The notes: generated by a model from the sequence alone, not told the origin. A stretch of DNA of 64,000 bases from Octopus sinensis (GCF_006345805.1 NC_043013.1:31434001-31498000); one strand, 5' to 3'; positions 15,664-31,088 are shown, counted from the first letter of the stretch. Made by a program: numbers and translations.

Positions 15664-15729
15664 CAAGAAAATTATCCCACAAACAATAGCGAAATGGAAA
15701 TTTCATTTCCATACTACTTAATAAAAAAT
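15664..15729 (-). CDS. Candidate internal exon (DFLLSSMEMKFPFRYCLWDNFL)
   Basis: Donor G/gtaagc, modest acceptor tttagttag; phase 1-1. Confidence 0.35.
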
Positions 15730-16237
15730 CTAACTAAATATTGTGTTGCATAATTGGTGAGATTACCGCTACAGTAGTGGTTTAATCCCACTGAATAAAA
15801 AAATGTTAAAAGAAATATTGAACCAGAATTTCAGTGAGCTTAGGCTGGCAAATTAACACAGTGATACAACTTACATTTTTTACCTTTTAAAATTGTTTTA
15901 ATTTAAAAACACCATTTTTGGGTTTTTAGAATATGCTTTACTTTTATTCCAATGATAACAAGAAGAATCAGCTCGTAACTTGAGATGTTTCTTTACAATC
16001 TAAAACGCTATTGCAAAATCTAAAGATAAACAAAGGAAATTTTATGTTGTATTCATTGTTCGGAATACTCATTATGTACAATACAATTGGATCTCATCGA
16101 ATTTGAAATTTGTGAAATGAACAGATATGATAATAATCGGACAAAAATGCAGAAAAACTTTTTAAAAGCTCCATATGCAGGTAGAATGTAAATAATTTGT
16201 GAAACCTTAATTCTGTTCACGAATATATATTAATATA

Positions 16238-16287
<50 letters not shown>

Positions 16288-16320
16288 TATATATATATAT
16301 ATAATATATTATATATATAT

Positions 16321-16394
<74 letters not shown>

Positions 16395-16890
16395 CATATA
16401 TGTAGTATAAATATATATATATATATATAATACATCAGTATATTCATACGTATACATATACATACATATACATCAAGACGCCCACCAACACACACACCGA
16501 CACAGATTCACATACATTAATATATACTTATATATATATATATGACACTGTTGGCATATTAGTGGGAATTTCAACGGGGAATTTCCTTCGGTTTCTGTCA
16601 TACATAAAATGAATTGTAAATAGAAATAGCAAGATGTAATATTGAGTTCCAGATGTATCACCTAATTTGGAAGTGTTGAAATATAAATATAAATATTCTA
16701 TAAATGATTATACGTAGGCGCACTTCCGCTGATACACACCCGAGCAATGCCGTTTACGCTCACGTATTTAACCGAAGAAATACGTCTGCCAAAATGTTTA
16801 ATGTACACATATATAATCTATATTAACATATATTGCAATGCACTGAAAGATCTTACATACGTACATACATATACATACATAATATATGTG

Positions 16891-16927
<37 letters not shown>

Positions 16928-17020
16928 CGTAATGAGATAAAAAAATTCTTATATACACACGCTGTCATATGACCAACGTTTGAACCCCTTTTTCGCAAAA
17001 TTACCGAACCCGGAACTTAC

Positions 17021-17088
17021 CTATGGCCTGTCTATAGCACGTATTCGGCATTACCTGACACGTTTGGGTACCAATGACACCATTACCT
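17021..17088 (-). CDS. Candidate internal exon (GNGVIGTQTCQVMPNTCYRQAI)
   Basis: Consensus donor AG/gtaagt but poor acceptor; phase 2-1. Confidence 0.25.
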
Positions 17089-17732
17089 CTTATAATCTAA
17101 ATCTATATACATGCATAGATGTGTTTGCGTGTATGTCTCTCTCTGTCTCTTTGTCTCTCTATCCCTCTCTCTCTCTATATATATATATATGTGTGTGTGT
17201 GTGTGCGTATGAGGAATATGTGTATGCATGTATATACATAGATATACATATATATATATATATATATATTATATACATATATACATGCATATACATGTAT
17301 ATATATATCTACATATATATATATATATACATGCATATACATGAGGTGGTGATGTTGTTGTTGTTTTTGTTGTTGTTGTTGGTGGTGGTGGTGGTGGTGG
17401 TGGTGGTATTACTGCTGCTGGTGCTAGTATTGGTTGTACTGATAGTGGTAGTGGTATTATGAAGCAGTAGCGTTTCTGAAAATTTGGCAGGAGTTCAGAA
17501 AAGATATTCTTACGAAATTTAGTTCCGAGTCCATATGTCATCTGATTCCATATCTCTACTTAGATATTTAGGGACCGCTATAATCAGTACCATTCCGTTC
17601 CTCTGCAACTGTTTCTTAACTGCATGGTTTTCCTCGATTTTTAAATGAGCATTTCTGTAAATTATAATCACTATTATTTTCATATAAAAATTTGTTGTTG
17701 AAATAGATAACCGGCAAGAGAAGTATACTTAC

Positions 17733-17800
17733 GAGCAAAATATTTCCTCGTATTTCCTTTGATCAACGGCATTCTTTTCCATGAGTATTTTAGAAATATG
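17733..17800 (-). CDS. Candidate internal exon (HISKILMEKNAVDQRKYEEIFCS)
   Basis: Acceptor tttgttgctacatag, donor gtaagt; phase 0-2. Confidence 0.45.
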
Positions 17801-18029
17801 CTATGTAGCAACAAATATACTGTGTAGCAACAGATAATAATCAAGGTAATTATGACTGATACCCAAATTAGTAGAACTAAAATCATGATATGTTCTAAAC
17901 ATATATCCTGATATACTATATGTGCATTTTACGAACATTAACACCATCACCATCAAATCAGAAAAGTAACAATGAAAATATATTATTGAAAAAAAATTAT
18001 AACCATCATCCTCATCATTTAGGGAGTTA

Positions 18030-18690
18030 AAGTGACAAGCTAACAGAATCGTTAGCATGCTAGTGAGAATAATTAGAGATATTTCGTCCGTTTTCACTCT
18101 CCGTGCTACAAATTCCGCGGCGGGCACCTTTGCCTTCTATGTTTTCGGGGCCTATAAGATATGCACGTGCTTAGTACTAGGGTTGATGCCATCGGCTTCG
18201 CTCCTCCCACAAAGCTGCTGGCCTGTTCCAAAATTTGAAGCCAATATTTCTATGCAGCTTAGACCTACGATCTGGCAGAATCGTTAACATGCTGGGCAAT
18301 ATACTTGACAGAATTTTTTCCGCCTTTATGTTCTGAGTTCAAATGCTGCCGATGCCGATGTCGATAAAATATGTACGATTTTAGTACCTGGGTCAAGGAA
18401 ATCTGTGTATCCCATTTCTTGGAAATTGCTGGCATTATGCCAATATTTAAAACCAATTACCTATGCTATTACGTTTCTTGTTTTTATTCCGTGTTAGGAC
18501 ACGCATAGCCTGTTGTCATAATACTTAGGGGGATTTCTTCTGCTTCCTTACGTTCTTAGTGCAAATCCCGAACATTAGCTTTATTCTTTCGGGTGGATAA
18601 TATAAAGTACCAGTGAAGTATCGAGGTCAATGAAATCGAATTGTCCATCCTTACAAAAAGTCGTGGCCTTCTGTCGAAGTTTGATAGAGT
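18030..18690 (+). mobile_element. Cluster of three degenerate family A SINE copies (about 18030-18240, 18270-18420, 18560-18690)
   Basis: Repeated cagaatcgttagc..gagttcaaat heads and central-domain remnants. Confidence 0.7.
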
Positions 18691-19255
18691 TACTTCAGAT
18701 AGTTATTGGTTTTTATCATTATAAGGTAACCATGGATTATCGTAACTACCATTCTTTTCGTATGAAGTAAAGAAGGTTTATCTGTAAACAAAAAGTGTGG
18801 TGCTCAGTTAGGCATAATCTGTTTTTGCAGAATCGATAATGCTTAACGTACGCATTTCTGAATGTTTAGAAATAATCTATCAAAACATATACGTATTTAT
18901 CAACACAGTTACATAAATAAATATACGTGTGTATGTGCACGCTCGCGTTTGTGTATGTGCGTGTTCGTGTGCGTGTTCGTGTGTGTGTGTATGTGTGTGT
19001 GTGTGTGCGTGTGTGTGTATTTTATGTGCATGTGATCGATAATGATATATCCCTCGAGCTGCTTCCTATGCAGATTTGAATTTTTTTCCCGTGGCGTGAA
19101 ATGGTGGAATTTGACAGCGGATGGTTCCTACACATTGTGTATACAGACATAGACAGAGATTTAGCTGTCTGTTTGTATATTGCCTATATCCCACGGGTGC
19201 TTTTCGCTCATATTGAATATACATACATATATATATATATAATATATATATATAT

Positions 19256-19309
<54 letters not shown>

Positions 19310-19365
19310 GTGTGTGTGCGTGTGTGTATATAGATATATGTATATATATATACATGTATGTGTAT

Positions 19366-19400
<35 letters not shown>

Positions 19401-19827
19401 ATGTATGTATGTGCGTGTGTATGTATATGATGAACACATTGTGGAAATTTGCATTTGATTCGCGTGCATGCCAGACTGTTGGTGTGTCTGAAACTTCCTT
19501 GGGACGGAGATTCTCTGAGATCAGACATAGATTCACGAGTGCGCATCAACTTACACATCAAACTAAAATTTGAATTACATAAATATTCCTTTAATCATTT
19601 TTTACTGCAATCGTTGCAAATTAAGAGTTTTTATGTTATCTTTTTATTTTCGTTTACGCGTGTGCTTATTACTAAATCAGTATGTAAGTTTAAATATCGA
19701 ATTTGATTTTGGCTTTCACATCTGACATTTGGATCAAAATTTTGAACGATATAAAAGAGTACAGACGAATGCCAGATGCAAATTTACACATACATGCACA
19801 GAAATATACACACATATATATATAAAT

Positions 19828-19921
<94 letters not shown>

Positions 19922-20031
19922 ATATATATATGTATATGCATATATACGTATATATATATATATATATATGTACATACATATATACACACACACACAAAGA
20001 CAGACATATATGTATATACATGCACTCCTAC

Positions 20032-20144
20032 AAGCACCATGTCGCGAGCCTTGACCACCAGCAGATCATTTTCCTGTCGCAATATTTGGATTCCTGCGTT
20101 CCAGGATTCGATAATCCTCAACAGGCTATGTTTCAGTGAGAAGA
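20032..20144 (-). CDS. Candidate internal exon ([37 protein letters not shown])
   Basis: Acceptor aatttttgcag, donor gtagga; locally higher GC; phase 1-0. Confidence 0.4.
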
Positions 20145-20174
20145 CTGCAAAAATTTAAGATGCATGGAACTAAT

Positions 20175-20251
<77 letters not shown>

Positions 20252-20255
20252 TATA

Positions 20256-20298
<43 letters not shown>

Positions 20299-20303
20299 CA
20301 TAT

Positions 20304-20361
<58 letters not shown>

Positions 20362-20365
<4 letters not shown>

Positions 20366-21024
20366 CGAAAGTGATTGGAAAATAAAAACTTTTACCTTTT
20401 GTGTTTGAACGTACAGTGTGTTCTTCTTTGAATAATATATAGTCTATTGACTAATTTTTTTCTTTCTTGCTAGACCACTGGTAACTAAGAATTTTTCGAT
20501 GAATATTCTTGCTACCCTAAGATTTTAATTAATGATCAAATGTTTTTGGGCTAATTCTGGAAGAAAATTGGCAATTTATTTTTTAGTGCTGGTTGAGTTC
20601 CGCTTCTGCGCGGTAGATTCGAAAAATTAGAACTTATAGTCACGTGGTGGATTATTTATCGCTCCATGCCTATGTGTTCAGTCCTGGCAACCTACTGAAG
20701 AAGCAGCGCCAGATATAGGCTGAAATTATTATATTTCAGTCTGAATTTAAGTCTGCAGAAACCTTGCAGGGTCTAGGATTAAGGTAAAAGTTTTTATTTT
20801 CCAATCACTTTCGGAATTACAACAATTGGTGGCTTTGAGTTTAGCTGCTCTTTCTAGGAAGTCAGATATCCTATTCTTCGGATATCTCTTTTGTGTTTGA
20901 ACGTACACTGTATTCTTCTCTGAATAATATAGTCTTTGACTATTTTTTTCTTTCTCGCTAGACCACTGGTAACGAAGAATTTTTCGATGAATATTCTTGC
21001 TACCCTAAGATTTTAATTAATGAT
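20362..21024. mobile_element. Element with perfect 37-bp inverted repeats (20362-20398 and 20781-20817) and a 140-bp direct repeat (20398-20536 and 20889-21024)
   Basis: Repeats seen directly in the sequence; class uncertain (MITE or Penelope-derived). Confidence 0.6.
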
Positions 21025-24000
21025 TTATATATATACACTCTCTCTGTCATTCACACACATACACGCACACGGACACACACGCACACATTGACACACACGC
21101 ATACAAACGCAAACACTTATATGTATATTTAAAGAAATTGCTTTCTCATGATTATGTTGACCTTTTACAATAGGTTGGGAATTTGCATGTGTTCAACTGC
21201 TTTCAAAATGGCGAAGGAAATCTAGACCTGATAAGAATTGATTTTCTTACCACCTTTAGATGTAATATACGAAATATTTCACTTTGTAAATGATTTGTTA
21301 TTTACATGTGCATATATAGGTGTGCTTGTGCATATATTCACAAACAGGTTCATACACATACATTTGTATATGTATGTATGTTTGTATATATATATATATT
21401 ATATATATATATATATACATATATGCATATATATGTGTGTGTGTCTGTGTGTCAGTTTGTGTGAGTGTGTTTGTATGAGCGTGTGTGCCTCTGTGTTTGT
21501 TTATACATGTATGCATATACGCTTATCGTTTCTGTATTTAAGGCAACGCTTATCTGATGTCTATATGCATGTCAACATAATTCGTTATAACTTTGAGAGA
21601 GAATATTTTTATGCAAACACTTTTGCTGAAAAATAGTCGACTTTTACTTCTATAATAAGATATTGATCTTTTGCACACACATATTTTTGATTTTTTGTAT
21701 AATTCGTAACGTCATTGCTTTAGTATTTCCTAATTTTTTGTAACTATTTGTATATATATTATTTCCGGTCTCACCTATATATGTAAGTTACATATAAGTC
21801 TTCTGCGTGTTATATTTGCGAGATGGTGTAAGTTCAACAACAAAATATTTTAATATATATTGAAATATGCACCGACTACGGTCACTCGTCTTAAAACATG
21901 AACTGGTGATCGCTCACCAAACGCTATTTACTTTTATATCATTTATATGTATTGAAATATAATGTCATAAACATCATTATTAAAAGATGTATGCCACATA
22001 TTCTACTATACTCATACACACATATTCTACTATACTCATCAATGCACGAATTGTTTGTGCATATTTCTTCAAATTTTAGTGGTAATTTTATTGAGTCCTT
22101 CTATCTAATATGTTAATGTCAGTATTCAAATTTCAACTTGAAATACTCCGGGTTAATTGCATTCGGTACTACAGCAAAACAGATAAATCCAGGATTGCAG
22201 TGAAACTCTGTGACTCCACGTATAAATGGATATGAATTTAGACAGAATATAATGAAATATTCAGCTATATGAATATTGTTATGCACTAACGTCTACAAAT
22301 GTGTGTGTGTGGGTCTGCGTATTTCTATAGGAGTGTCTGTGTGCGTACGTGTGTCTATGTGTGTGCGCGCTCGCTGGTGTATGTGTGCTGATCTCATATA
22401 AAAATTGAGGATTCATATTCGAAAAATTAATGCAAGATTTATACGATAAAATATCATAGAAATATATATGATAGTTACGTAATGAAATAAAGTCGGGCGG
22501 AACAACCAAAAGTTCTCAAAGTAAGAGAAATAGAAAACAATTAGTGTGAAACAGAAGTTATTTAAGAGAGAGACGTTGATCTGAAATTGTAGTAATTTAA
22601 AGCAGTGAGTGCTCATAGAAAGGCTTAAAGGGTTGCAATATAGATAAATCAAAGTTGAAATGTAGTATCGGAGAGAAATGAAATACCGTCCGAATAATCA
22701 TGTATGTATTTATATGCTCCAATGCAATTCAGAAGTTGAAATATTAAAATAGGTCTTATTTATCTTATGACTGTATTGTGTTCCTTATTTAAGCATAATT
22801 TACAGCCCAGAATTATAAGGGCTCTTTCATGCAGCATAAATTACACCCACACTCTCTATACTTAAGCGCATTCCATGTAATGGAATACGTCAATGTGCCA
22901 TTAATATTTTGGGTTCTTCAATTCCCTGATAAATTGAGTTACAGATGCATTATTTAAAATCACTTAAGATTCAAATAAAATGCAGATGATTCCCAATATT
23001 GCTTTAAAAATCGGCACCCTGGAATCGTGGTAGTCACACATTTTCTTGATATACAGATGGAAAATACTACATCCTTACAAAGATACTGGTTGTCCCGACA
23101 GTTCCAGAGATATCCAGGTTTAGTAGGTAGCGAGCCAGCATCAGCTCTGTAATTTTACTAAACTCATATTACGAAAAGTATTAGCTCTTCGAGACTTGGA
23201 TATAGATGAAACACTAGGCGGTATGTATCGACGAAACACGTGGATTATTATTACTACTTATGTAATTGCCAATATTGTGTAATTTCCTGCTAAATATAGA
23301 AGCTATGGTATCACCTAAATTAAGAGTGGTTCAGTAGGAAAATTTAACCACGTACCAAATAAATAACCTAGCATATTACTAGAGAGGGAAAGTATTTATA
23401 CATTGGTTTAGGAAAATGTAGGGATATTGTTAGGCCCTTAGATCCTGAAACCACTGAACAGGCTGCTTACCTATTCTGCTCGATCTGATATTTTTATTTG
23501 TATTGTGAGTCCTACTGTCGCATTTCAGTTAGCATTTAAGGTAATTTTAACTGAGGTAAAGAAATTCCGATTTGGTCTACGCGTAGCGGTAATATGTTAA
23601 ATCACATACATCTTGTTACTCACAGATACCAAGAGTGTTTTAATCACTGGTATCTATCTCTGTCTACCTTTCCCTTCAGCTAATTTTCAAACTATGTAAG
23701 TATTCCTTCCCCACCGCACCGCACATCGTTAACACTGCTCTCTCCCTCTTTTTCTCTCAGCGTCTTTTTCTCTTGCTCTTCGCCTCAACCTTCAACTGAC
23801 CACGTGATCATTTGGTCTAAGTGTATTAACATGAATTACCTTTTATCCATTTCATCCTCTCTTGTTTCTTCATTCTCCCCTTACTCCCCACCTCTCTCTC
23901 TCACACACACACACACGCACACACACACTTACTGTACCTCTCGCTCACTCCACCTTCACCTATCTAACTAATATATAACGGGCGAACGAACAAGTAGATT

Positions 24001-24410
24001 ATTATATAGATATTTCAGTATTATCGTAAGAGAAAAATTGCATATTTTTCTCTAATGATAGCGTGTTATTAAAATTGCAATTTTTTTGTCTAAGATATCG
24101 AAGTAAGCCACGGTGAGTATAAACACTAATGAGGTTACTATTGGGACATTCGTTATATATCAAGATTCTTAATACTGCTCCCCAAATAAGGAAACTGCAT
24201 TAGTCTGTAAAGGCTTTGCTGTTGATTCTCACCAGAAATACGGGATTACTTTTTTATACCAATAACAATACCGAAATCCTTTAATCTCGTCGTATTGACT
24301 AGTTGAGTATATGACTTCGTTATTTGATTAACGGACAAAGGCTTGAAATGACTTTTATGGAACAGAATGTAATGTATTATTTGTGGAGTAACAGAAGTGT
24401 GAATCTAGAA

Positions 24411-24843
24411 TGGAGGAGTGGCTGTGCGGTAAGTAGCTTGGTTCTGGGTTCAGTCCCATTGCGTGGCTACTTGGACAAGTGCCGTCTACTATAACCTCGG
24501 GCCGCCCAAAGACATGTGAGTGGATTTGGTAGACGGAAACTGAAAGAAGCCCGTCGTATATATGTATATATATATGTGTGTGTGTGTGTGTGTATGTGTG
24601 TGTGTGTGCGTGTGTATGTGTGTCTGTGTGTGTATGTTTATGTGTCTGTGTTTATCCCCCAGCATCGCTTGACAACTGATGCTGGCCCGTCTATGTCGCT
24701 GTAACTAAGCGGTTCAGCAAAAGAGACCGATAGAATAAGTACTAGGCTTACAAAGAGTAAATTCCGGGGTGGATTTTCTCGACTAAAGGCGGTGCTCCAG
24801 CATGGCCACAGTCAAATGACTGAACTAAGAGTAAAAGAGTAAG
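24411..24843 (+). mobile_element. SINE family B composite (tRNA-like head, CORE-like accttgggcaagt segment, microsatellite, second module)
   Basis: gtggctgtg.ggtaag..gggttcagtccca head; tail ggcggtgctccagcatggcc..gagtaaaaga. Confidence 0.85.
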
Positions 24844-25804
24844 AATTTCTTAGATGAAAGTTTTCGGATGAGAGGCAACGTCAGGCGAAATTCTGAAGAG
24901 AAATGAACGATATGAGTTAGTTTGAACTTGTCATTGTGCTTGTTGATATACTGGGATATTATGAGGACGCGATCGAATCCCTATGTTAGAGAAATAATAA
25001 ACAATGCATGTTCATATATAACTCATGCAAGCAAGTAATTGATGAATTTTGCGAAATGAAACGTTTATTTTTCAGGCTTAGACTGTTAAAATGTGGTCTG
25101 GAACGTATATTTTCGAAAGATGTTAATTTTTGCGAAATTAGCACGAATATCACTGCATCTTATTCACGTTTCCTAATGAGTTACATAATCAAACTCTTAT
25201 CAAAATCGATAATAATATGAAACAAATTGTTAACAAACATTACATCGATTTTGCTGCCAGGTTATATAACAAATCAGATGCCCATTTCCTAAAGACTATA
25301 GCAATAAAATTTCCATTCAATTTTATTGACGAAAAAGAGTCAACATAAGGAACACTATACCTTCAACACTACGTTTGACTTCGTATCTGCGCTGAATATA
25401 TTACCTACTTTGGGGAAACGTCTTTATATTTCACTGTTCCACTCACGAAGACGATACATCAGATGTTTTCAATCCATTATACATTTCTCCTATGAACGTT
25501 AGCTAACGTATAAAACTAAGAGAAAAATAAGATGTTTCCTTCATGCAATATTTAATTCAATGGGGTACTCGTGGCAACAACTCCACATTCGTGAAGCACA
25601 TTTCTTCATTCAGAAGCTCAAGTGTAACGTAAATTTCTGGTATCTACTAATACTACAACTACCACACAAACACAAACACATACATGTATATATGTATAGA
25701 TGTATGTCTAAAAGTGTGTATAGAGATATAGAAATATATATATATATATATATATGAATGATGATGCATATATATTTCTGTGCCATTCAATATATCTCAA
25801 CGCT

Positions 25805-25856
<52 letters not shown>

Positions 25857-26069
25857 TGTATGTATATATATATATATTATATATATATATATATATATAT
25901 CTATATATATATGTATGTATGTATATATGTGTATGTAAGCAATTTTCATTTGTATATATTTATAAATACCATATAGAATGTGTATGAAGTATTTATTATG
26001 AATATGTATGTATGTATTTGTATATATATATATATATATATAATATATATATGTATATATGTATATATA

Positions 26070-26117
<48 letters not shown>

Positions 26118-27114
26118 ATATATATATATATATATACATATGTATATATTTATGAATGTATATATATATGTATATATATATATAAATATTTCGGTCATAT
26201 TACAACAAATAATTTTCCATAAAATGTATGCTTCTGTTGATTGTTAAGACACATTATTACTGCTTCTTTAAATTTTAATAATGGATTTCTCATAGTAAAT
26301 TTAAATCTCAACCTGGAGAAATTATGTCTTGAAAACTGTACAATCTGTCGTAATGATCAGACGGCTATCAATAAAATAATTTGAATCTAAACTTCTGTTT
26401 ATTTTATGTTGAAAAGTTTAACCGGCTATGTTTTGGTTGTATATATACATATATGTCCAGCGTTAATATCAAGGAAATTAACATCCCTGAAATTCTTCTG
26501 AAAAAAAAATTAACGCAACTGTTATTTGGAAGTGCGTTGCTCTCCGCCAATATATGAAAACGTTGAAATTGTTATTTAATTCACACTGTTATTGTTTCAA
26601 TATTTATATTTTCAAACACTGATTTTGTGCCACAACTGTACAGTGACGGGCAAAACTTTGAAATCTGTACAATTTATAGACACATACAAAGAAAAGAACT
26701 TTTTTTAAAGCAAGTTATAATGGGTGAAGCTTTGCCTGTTTGAAAATTGAGTGATAGTGGCAAGTATTATTTTAATATATATTTCATTTTCAAGTGAAAA
26801 TATTCCTTGTAAGATACTTCGTAGATCCCAGCTGAGAATCAGCATTACTATATTCGTTTTTTAATACCACTCTACTAGCATAAGTACCACTACAAGTGTT
26901 AATACTTATATAATAATACAACTATTTAATAATTCCTGTAGTAGTTTAATACTTATTACTATTTTCTCTTCATAAAATTCATCACTATTGCGTATACAGC
27001 AATACCATTATCAATGTTCTTGCAGTTGTTATTACAATTATTATTGTTATTATCAATATTATTATTATTATTATTATTATTATATTATTATTATTATTAT
27101 TATTATATTATTAT

Positions 27115-27145
<31 letters not shown>

Positions 27146-27284
27146 CATCAACATTATTATTATTATCATTATTGTTGTTGTTGTTGTTGTCGTTGTTGTT
27201 GTTATTATTATCATTATTATTATTATTATTATTATAGTTGTTGTTTTTATTGTTATTATCATCATCGTTATTATTTTAATATAA

Positions 27285-27756
27285 TGGCGGCGTGTTGGCA
27301 GAATTGTTGGCACACCACACTAGATGCCTGGCGTAATTCGACTCTCGCGTTCTTAGTTCAAATTCAGCCGAAGGTGACTCTGCCTTTTATCATTCGGGCG
27401 TCATTAAAATGAGTAACACATATTGAAGTCGATGTAAACCACTTACACACTGTCACAAAATCTCTGGCCTTGTGCCCAAATTTGAAATTTTTATTATTAT
27501 TCTTATTATTATTTAGGTGGAATCCTGGCTGAATCATTTGCACACCGGGCAAAATGTTTAGAGGTATTTCACCAGTCCTTACACTCTGAGTTCAAATGCG
27601 GCGAAGGTCGATGTAGCCTTTCACTATTTCGGTGGCGTTAAAATATTTGCTGGCCTTGTGCAAATATTAGAAATAATTAATATCACACCGGAGTCGAGTT
27701 AATATAATCTTTAGCGCGCCGAACAAAATGCATAGCGTCATTTCGTCCGTAAGATG

Positions 27757-27760
<4 letters not shown>
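27285..27760. mobile_element. Degenerate family A copies: two on + (27285-27490, 27520-27670) and one partial on - (27670-27760)
   Basis: Similarity to the family A head, central domain and tail. Confidence 0.7.
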
Positions 27761-27811
<51 letters not shown>

Positions 27812-28391
27812 ATCTTCATTATCATCATCATCATCAGCAGTAGCAGCATCACCGTCATCATCATCATCATCATCATATTCATCTTCACCATCATTATCAT
27901 CTTTATTATTATTATTATTTGTGTTAATGTTATTATTTTTATTGTAAATATCATAAATAATATTAAAGTTAATATACAGAATTGGCTGATTCGTCACTGC
28001 CAGACATAGTGTATTGAAATCATAAACCAACCTACTATTTTATTTTGTATTCATATCCTGTTGTACAAACGTCCAATTTCAGCTTCTCCTTTTCGATGAA
28101 AATCATGGAACATCATGGGTTCAATATATAATCGATATTTTCCTACTAAAGTACAAGTGACCTTGCGCTAATATAGAAACTGCAATTATATTTACTCGGT
28201 TTTAACCAAACGATGTGGTTTATATTTATTTTATCATATTTCTATCTTATGCCCGCCTCAATGTTATGGCTCCTGTTTTCCATAAAGTACGATAAAACAC
28301 TACTACTACCAATACTATTGCTACTACTACCACTAATACTACTACTACTACCATTAATAATAATAATAACAACAACAACAATAATCATAAA

Positions 28392-28481
<90 letters not shown>

Positions 28482-28484
28482 GTA

Positions 28485-28690
28485 ATCATTTCTACCAGAA
28501 GCACAAGGCCTCAGATCTTTTAAGTGGGGATTTCTCGATTATATCGACCCCAGTGTTTCATTGGTACTTAATTTATCGACCCCGAAATGATGAAAGGCAA
28601 AGTCGACCTCGGTGAAATTTGAACTCAGAACGTAGCGACAGGCGAAATATCGCTAATTATTTCGTTCAACGCGCTAATGATTCTGCTTGA
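28485..28690 (-). mobile_element. SINE family A copy
   Basis: Reverse complement of the central domain and head, flanked by (AAT)n. Confidence 0.85.
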
Positions 28691-28721
28691 TAACGATAAT
28701 AATAATAATAATAATAATAAT

Positions 28722-28785
<64 letters not shown>

Positions 28786-28963
28786 TTAAAAATAATAATA
28801 ATAATAATAATAACTACTCCATACCAGAGATTTACTTTTCAGATGCTTGATCTTCACTAGTCGAGTATGTCTCTAGTTGCTGATATCTGCATCTCTGATT
28901 ATGAGTAGGAGTTGTTGGGGAGCCATGGGTTGAACGGAATTTTTGGGTGTTTGAATAATTTAC

Positions 28964-29094
28964 CTCTGGAAACATGGGTGTTTAACTTATCATTCTTAAA
29001 GAAACCTTCATCAGGGAACATTCGAGCAGGAGGCGCTACTGTACCTGGACACAATTCTAATGAGTCCCAACTGCATGGCCAAGGGCTGTTTATC
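28964..29094 (-). CDS. Candidate exon (INSPWPCSWDSLELCPGTVAPPARMFPDEGFFKNDKLNTHVSR); could instead run to the stop at 28899 as a terminal exon
   Basis: Acceptor gttttcatatcag, donor AG/gtaaat; higher GC; phase 2-1; the frame stays open to 28899. Confidence 0.45.
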
Positions 29095-29834
29095 CTGATA
29101 TGAAAACACTGTATCGCAAACGTATGGTTGTGATGCATGTTCACATATCAGACGGATAGTCATGTGATGGCTATATTGGGCTTCGTATCTTGATGGCAAC
29201 GTTGCTCTTTCAAACAATAATTTAATAAAGTAATGTTATGTAATAATCATCTTCGGCACAACCGTCAATACATGTGTGTATATGGATATGTAGTATATAT
29301 TATATATATATATATATATATAATATATATATATTATATATATATATCATATCAATATAATATATGTATTACACACACACAACAGACTATAATTATATAT
29401 ATATATATAATATATATATATCAGGAATAGTGAAAATTAGGTATAGATATTAATTTTGTCGATAATCTCAAACAGACATATATGTATACATATATATATA
29501 TACCCATACAAGCTCATTCACACAGACAAACACACACATTCATACATATATATGCATATATGTGTGTGTGTATTTTCATACATGGAAAATCAGAATTGCC
29601 TCTTGAGACAAAATTACATTACTATGGTTTCATTGTCTCGTTTTCTTTCCAAGATATCAGGAAAATGATTTCAATATAAAAACAAATATAGAATTCATTA
29701 CCTGCTAGCTTTTAGGGTTTTTTTTCGGTTTATGCTATATCATGATTCTCAGACTTCTGAACTTCCTTCATATATTTGGATCATTTTGTATGATACTTCA
29801 TCAAATAGGTACACGACTTTTCTATGTGTTAATA

Positions 29835-29867
<33 letters not shown>

Positions 29868-29872
<5 letters not shown>

Positions 29873-30407
29873 ATCAACATTGTTATTGTTATGGTTCTTA
29901 CTATTATTTTTTGCCGTTGTTGGTGTTGTTATTTCACATATTCCTAAAAATATTATTACTCGTATTCCTTATATATTCTTATGTATTATTATATTATTAT
30001 TATTATTATTATTATTTTTTTTTTACTATTACTATTATTGTTATTATATTATTAGTATTATTATTGTTGTTACTGTTATTGTTATTATTGCTATAAGTCT
30101 GTTTTCCTTATCTTTTTTTTACAGTCGGAGCGAAGCGTACTCCATGATATACTCTGAATGTATGATATTTATGCATAAATTGTATTTACATATGTGTAGA
30201 CATATATGCCCGCACCCATACACACACACACACACACGTACATATATACATACGACAATTTGCTAAATGTGCACACGTGTGCACATACACACCGATATTC
30301 TTTACAACATATACATATTCTCATTTATATATCATATATATATATATATATTTGTGTGTACAGGAATATATTTATATGTATGTACATATTAGATATGTAT
30401 ATATATA

Positions 30408-30449
<42 letters not shown>

Positions 30450-30597
30450 TTTATTATATATACTATATATATATATATATATGATGATCAACATTGTTAT
30501 TGTTATGGTTCTTACTATTATTTTTTGCCGTTGTTGGTGTTGTTATTTCACATATTCCTAAAAATATTATTACTCGTATTCCTTATATTATTCTTAT

Positions 30598-30629
<32 letters not shown>

Positions 30630-31047
30630 TTTTTTTTTACTATTACTATTATTGTTATTATTATTATTAGTATTATTATTGTTGTTACTGTTATTGTTAT
30701 TATTGCTATAAGTCTTGTTTTCCTTATCATTTTTTTTACAGTCGGAGCGAAGCGTACTCCAAATGATATACTCTGAATGTATGTATATTATGCATAAATT
30801 GTATTTCTACATATGTGTAGACATTATATGCCCGCACCCATACACACACACACACACGTACATATATACATACGACAATTTGGCTAAATGTGCACACGTG
30901 TGCACATACACACCGATATTCTTATACAACATATACATATTCTCATATATATATATCTATATATATATATATATTTGTGTGTACAGGAATATATTTTATG
31001 TATGTACATATATAGATATGTAATATATATATAGAGATATATATATC

Positions 31048-31086
<39 letters not shown>

Positions 31087-31088
31087 TG

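Noticed and set aside
15915-16020. Minus-strand exon candidate IVKKHLKLRADSSCYHWNK
   Set aside because: The best acceptor gives stops in all three frames, and the alternative does not fit the phase chain.
17455-17571. Plus-strand coding-like YEAVAFLKIWQEFRKDILTKF..
   Set aside because: No pyrimidine-rich acceptor or start codon; it begins in a trinucleotide repeat.
25008-25220. ORF with VIDEFCEMK resembling a hAT transposase C-terminus
   Set aside because: The match is only a few residues, with no other transposase motifs or TIRs.
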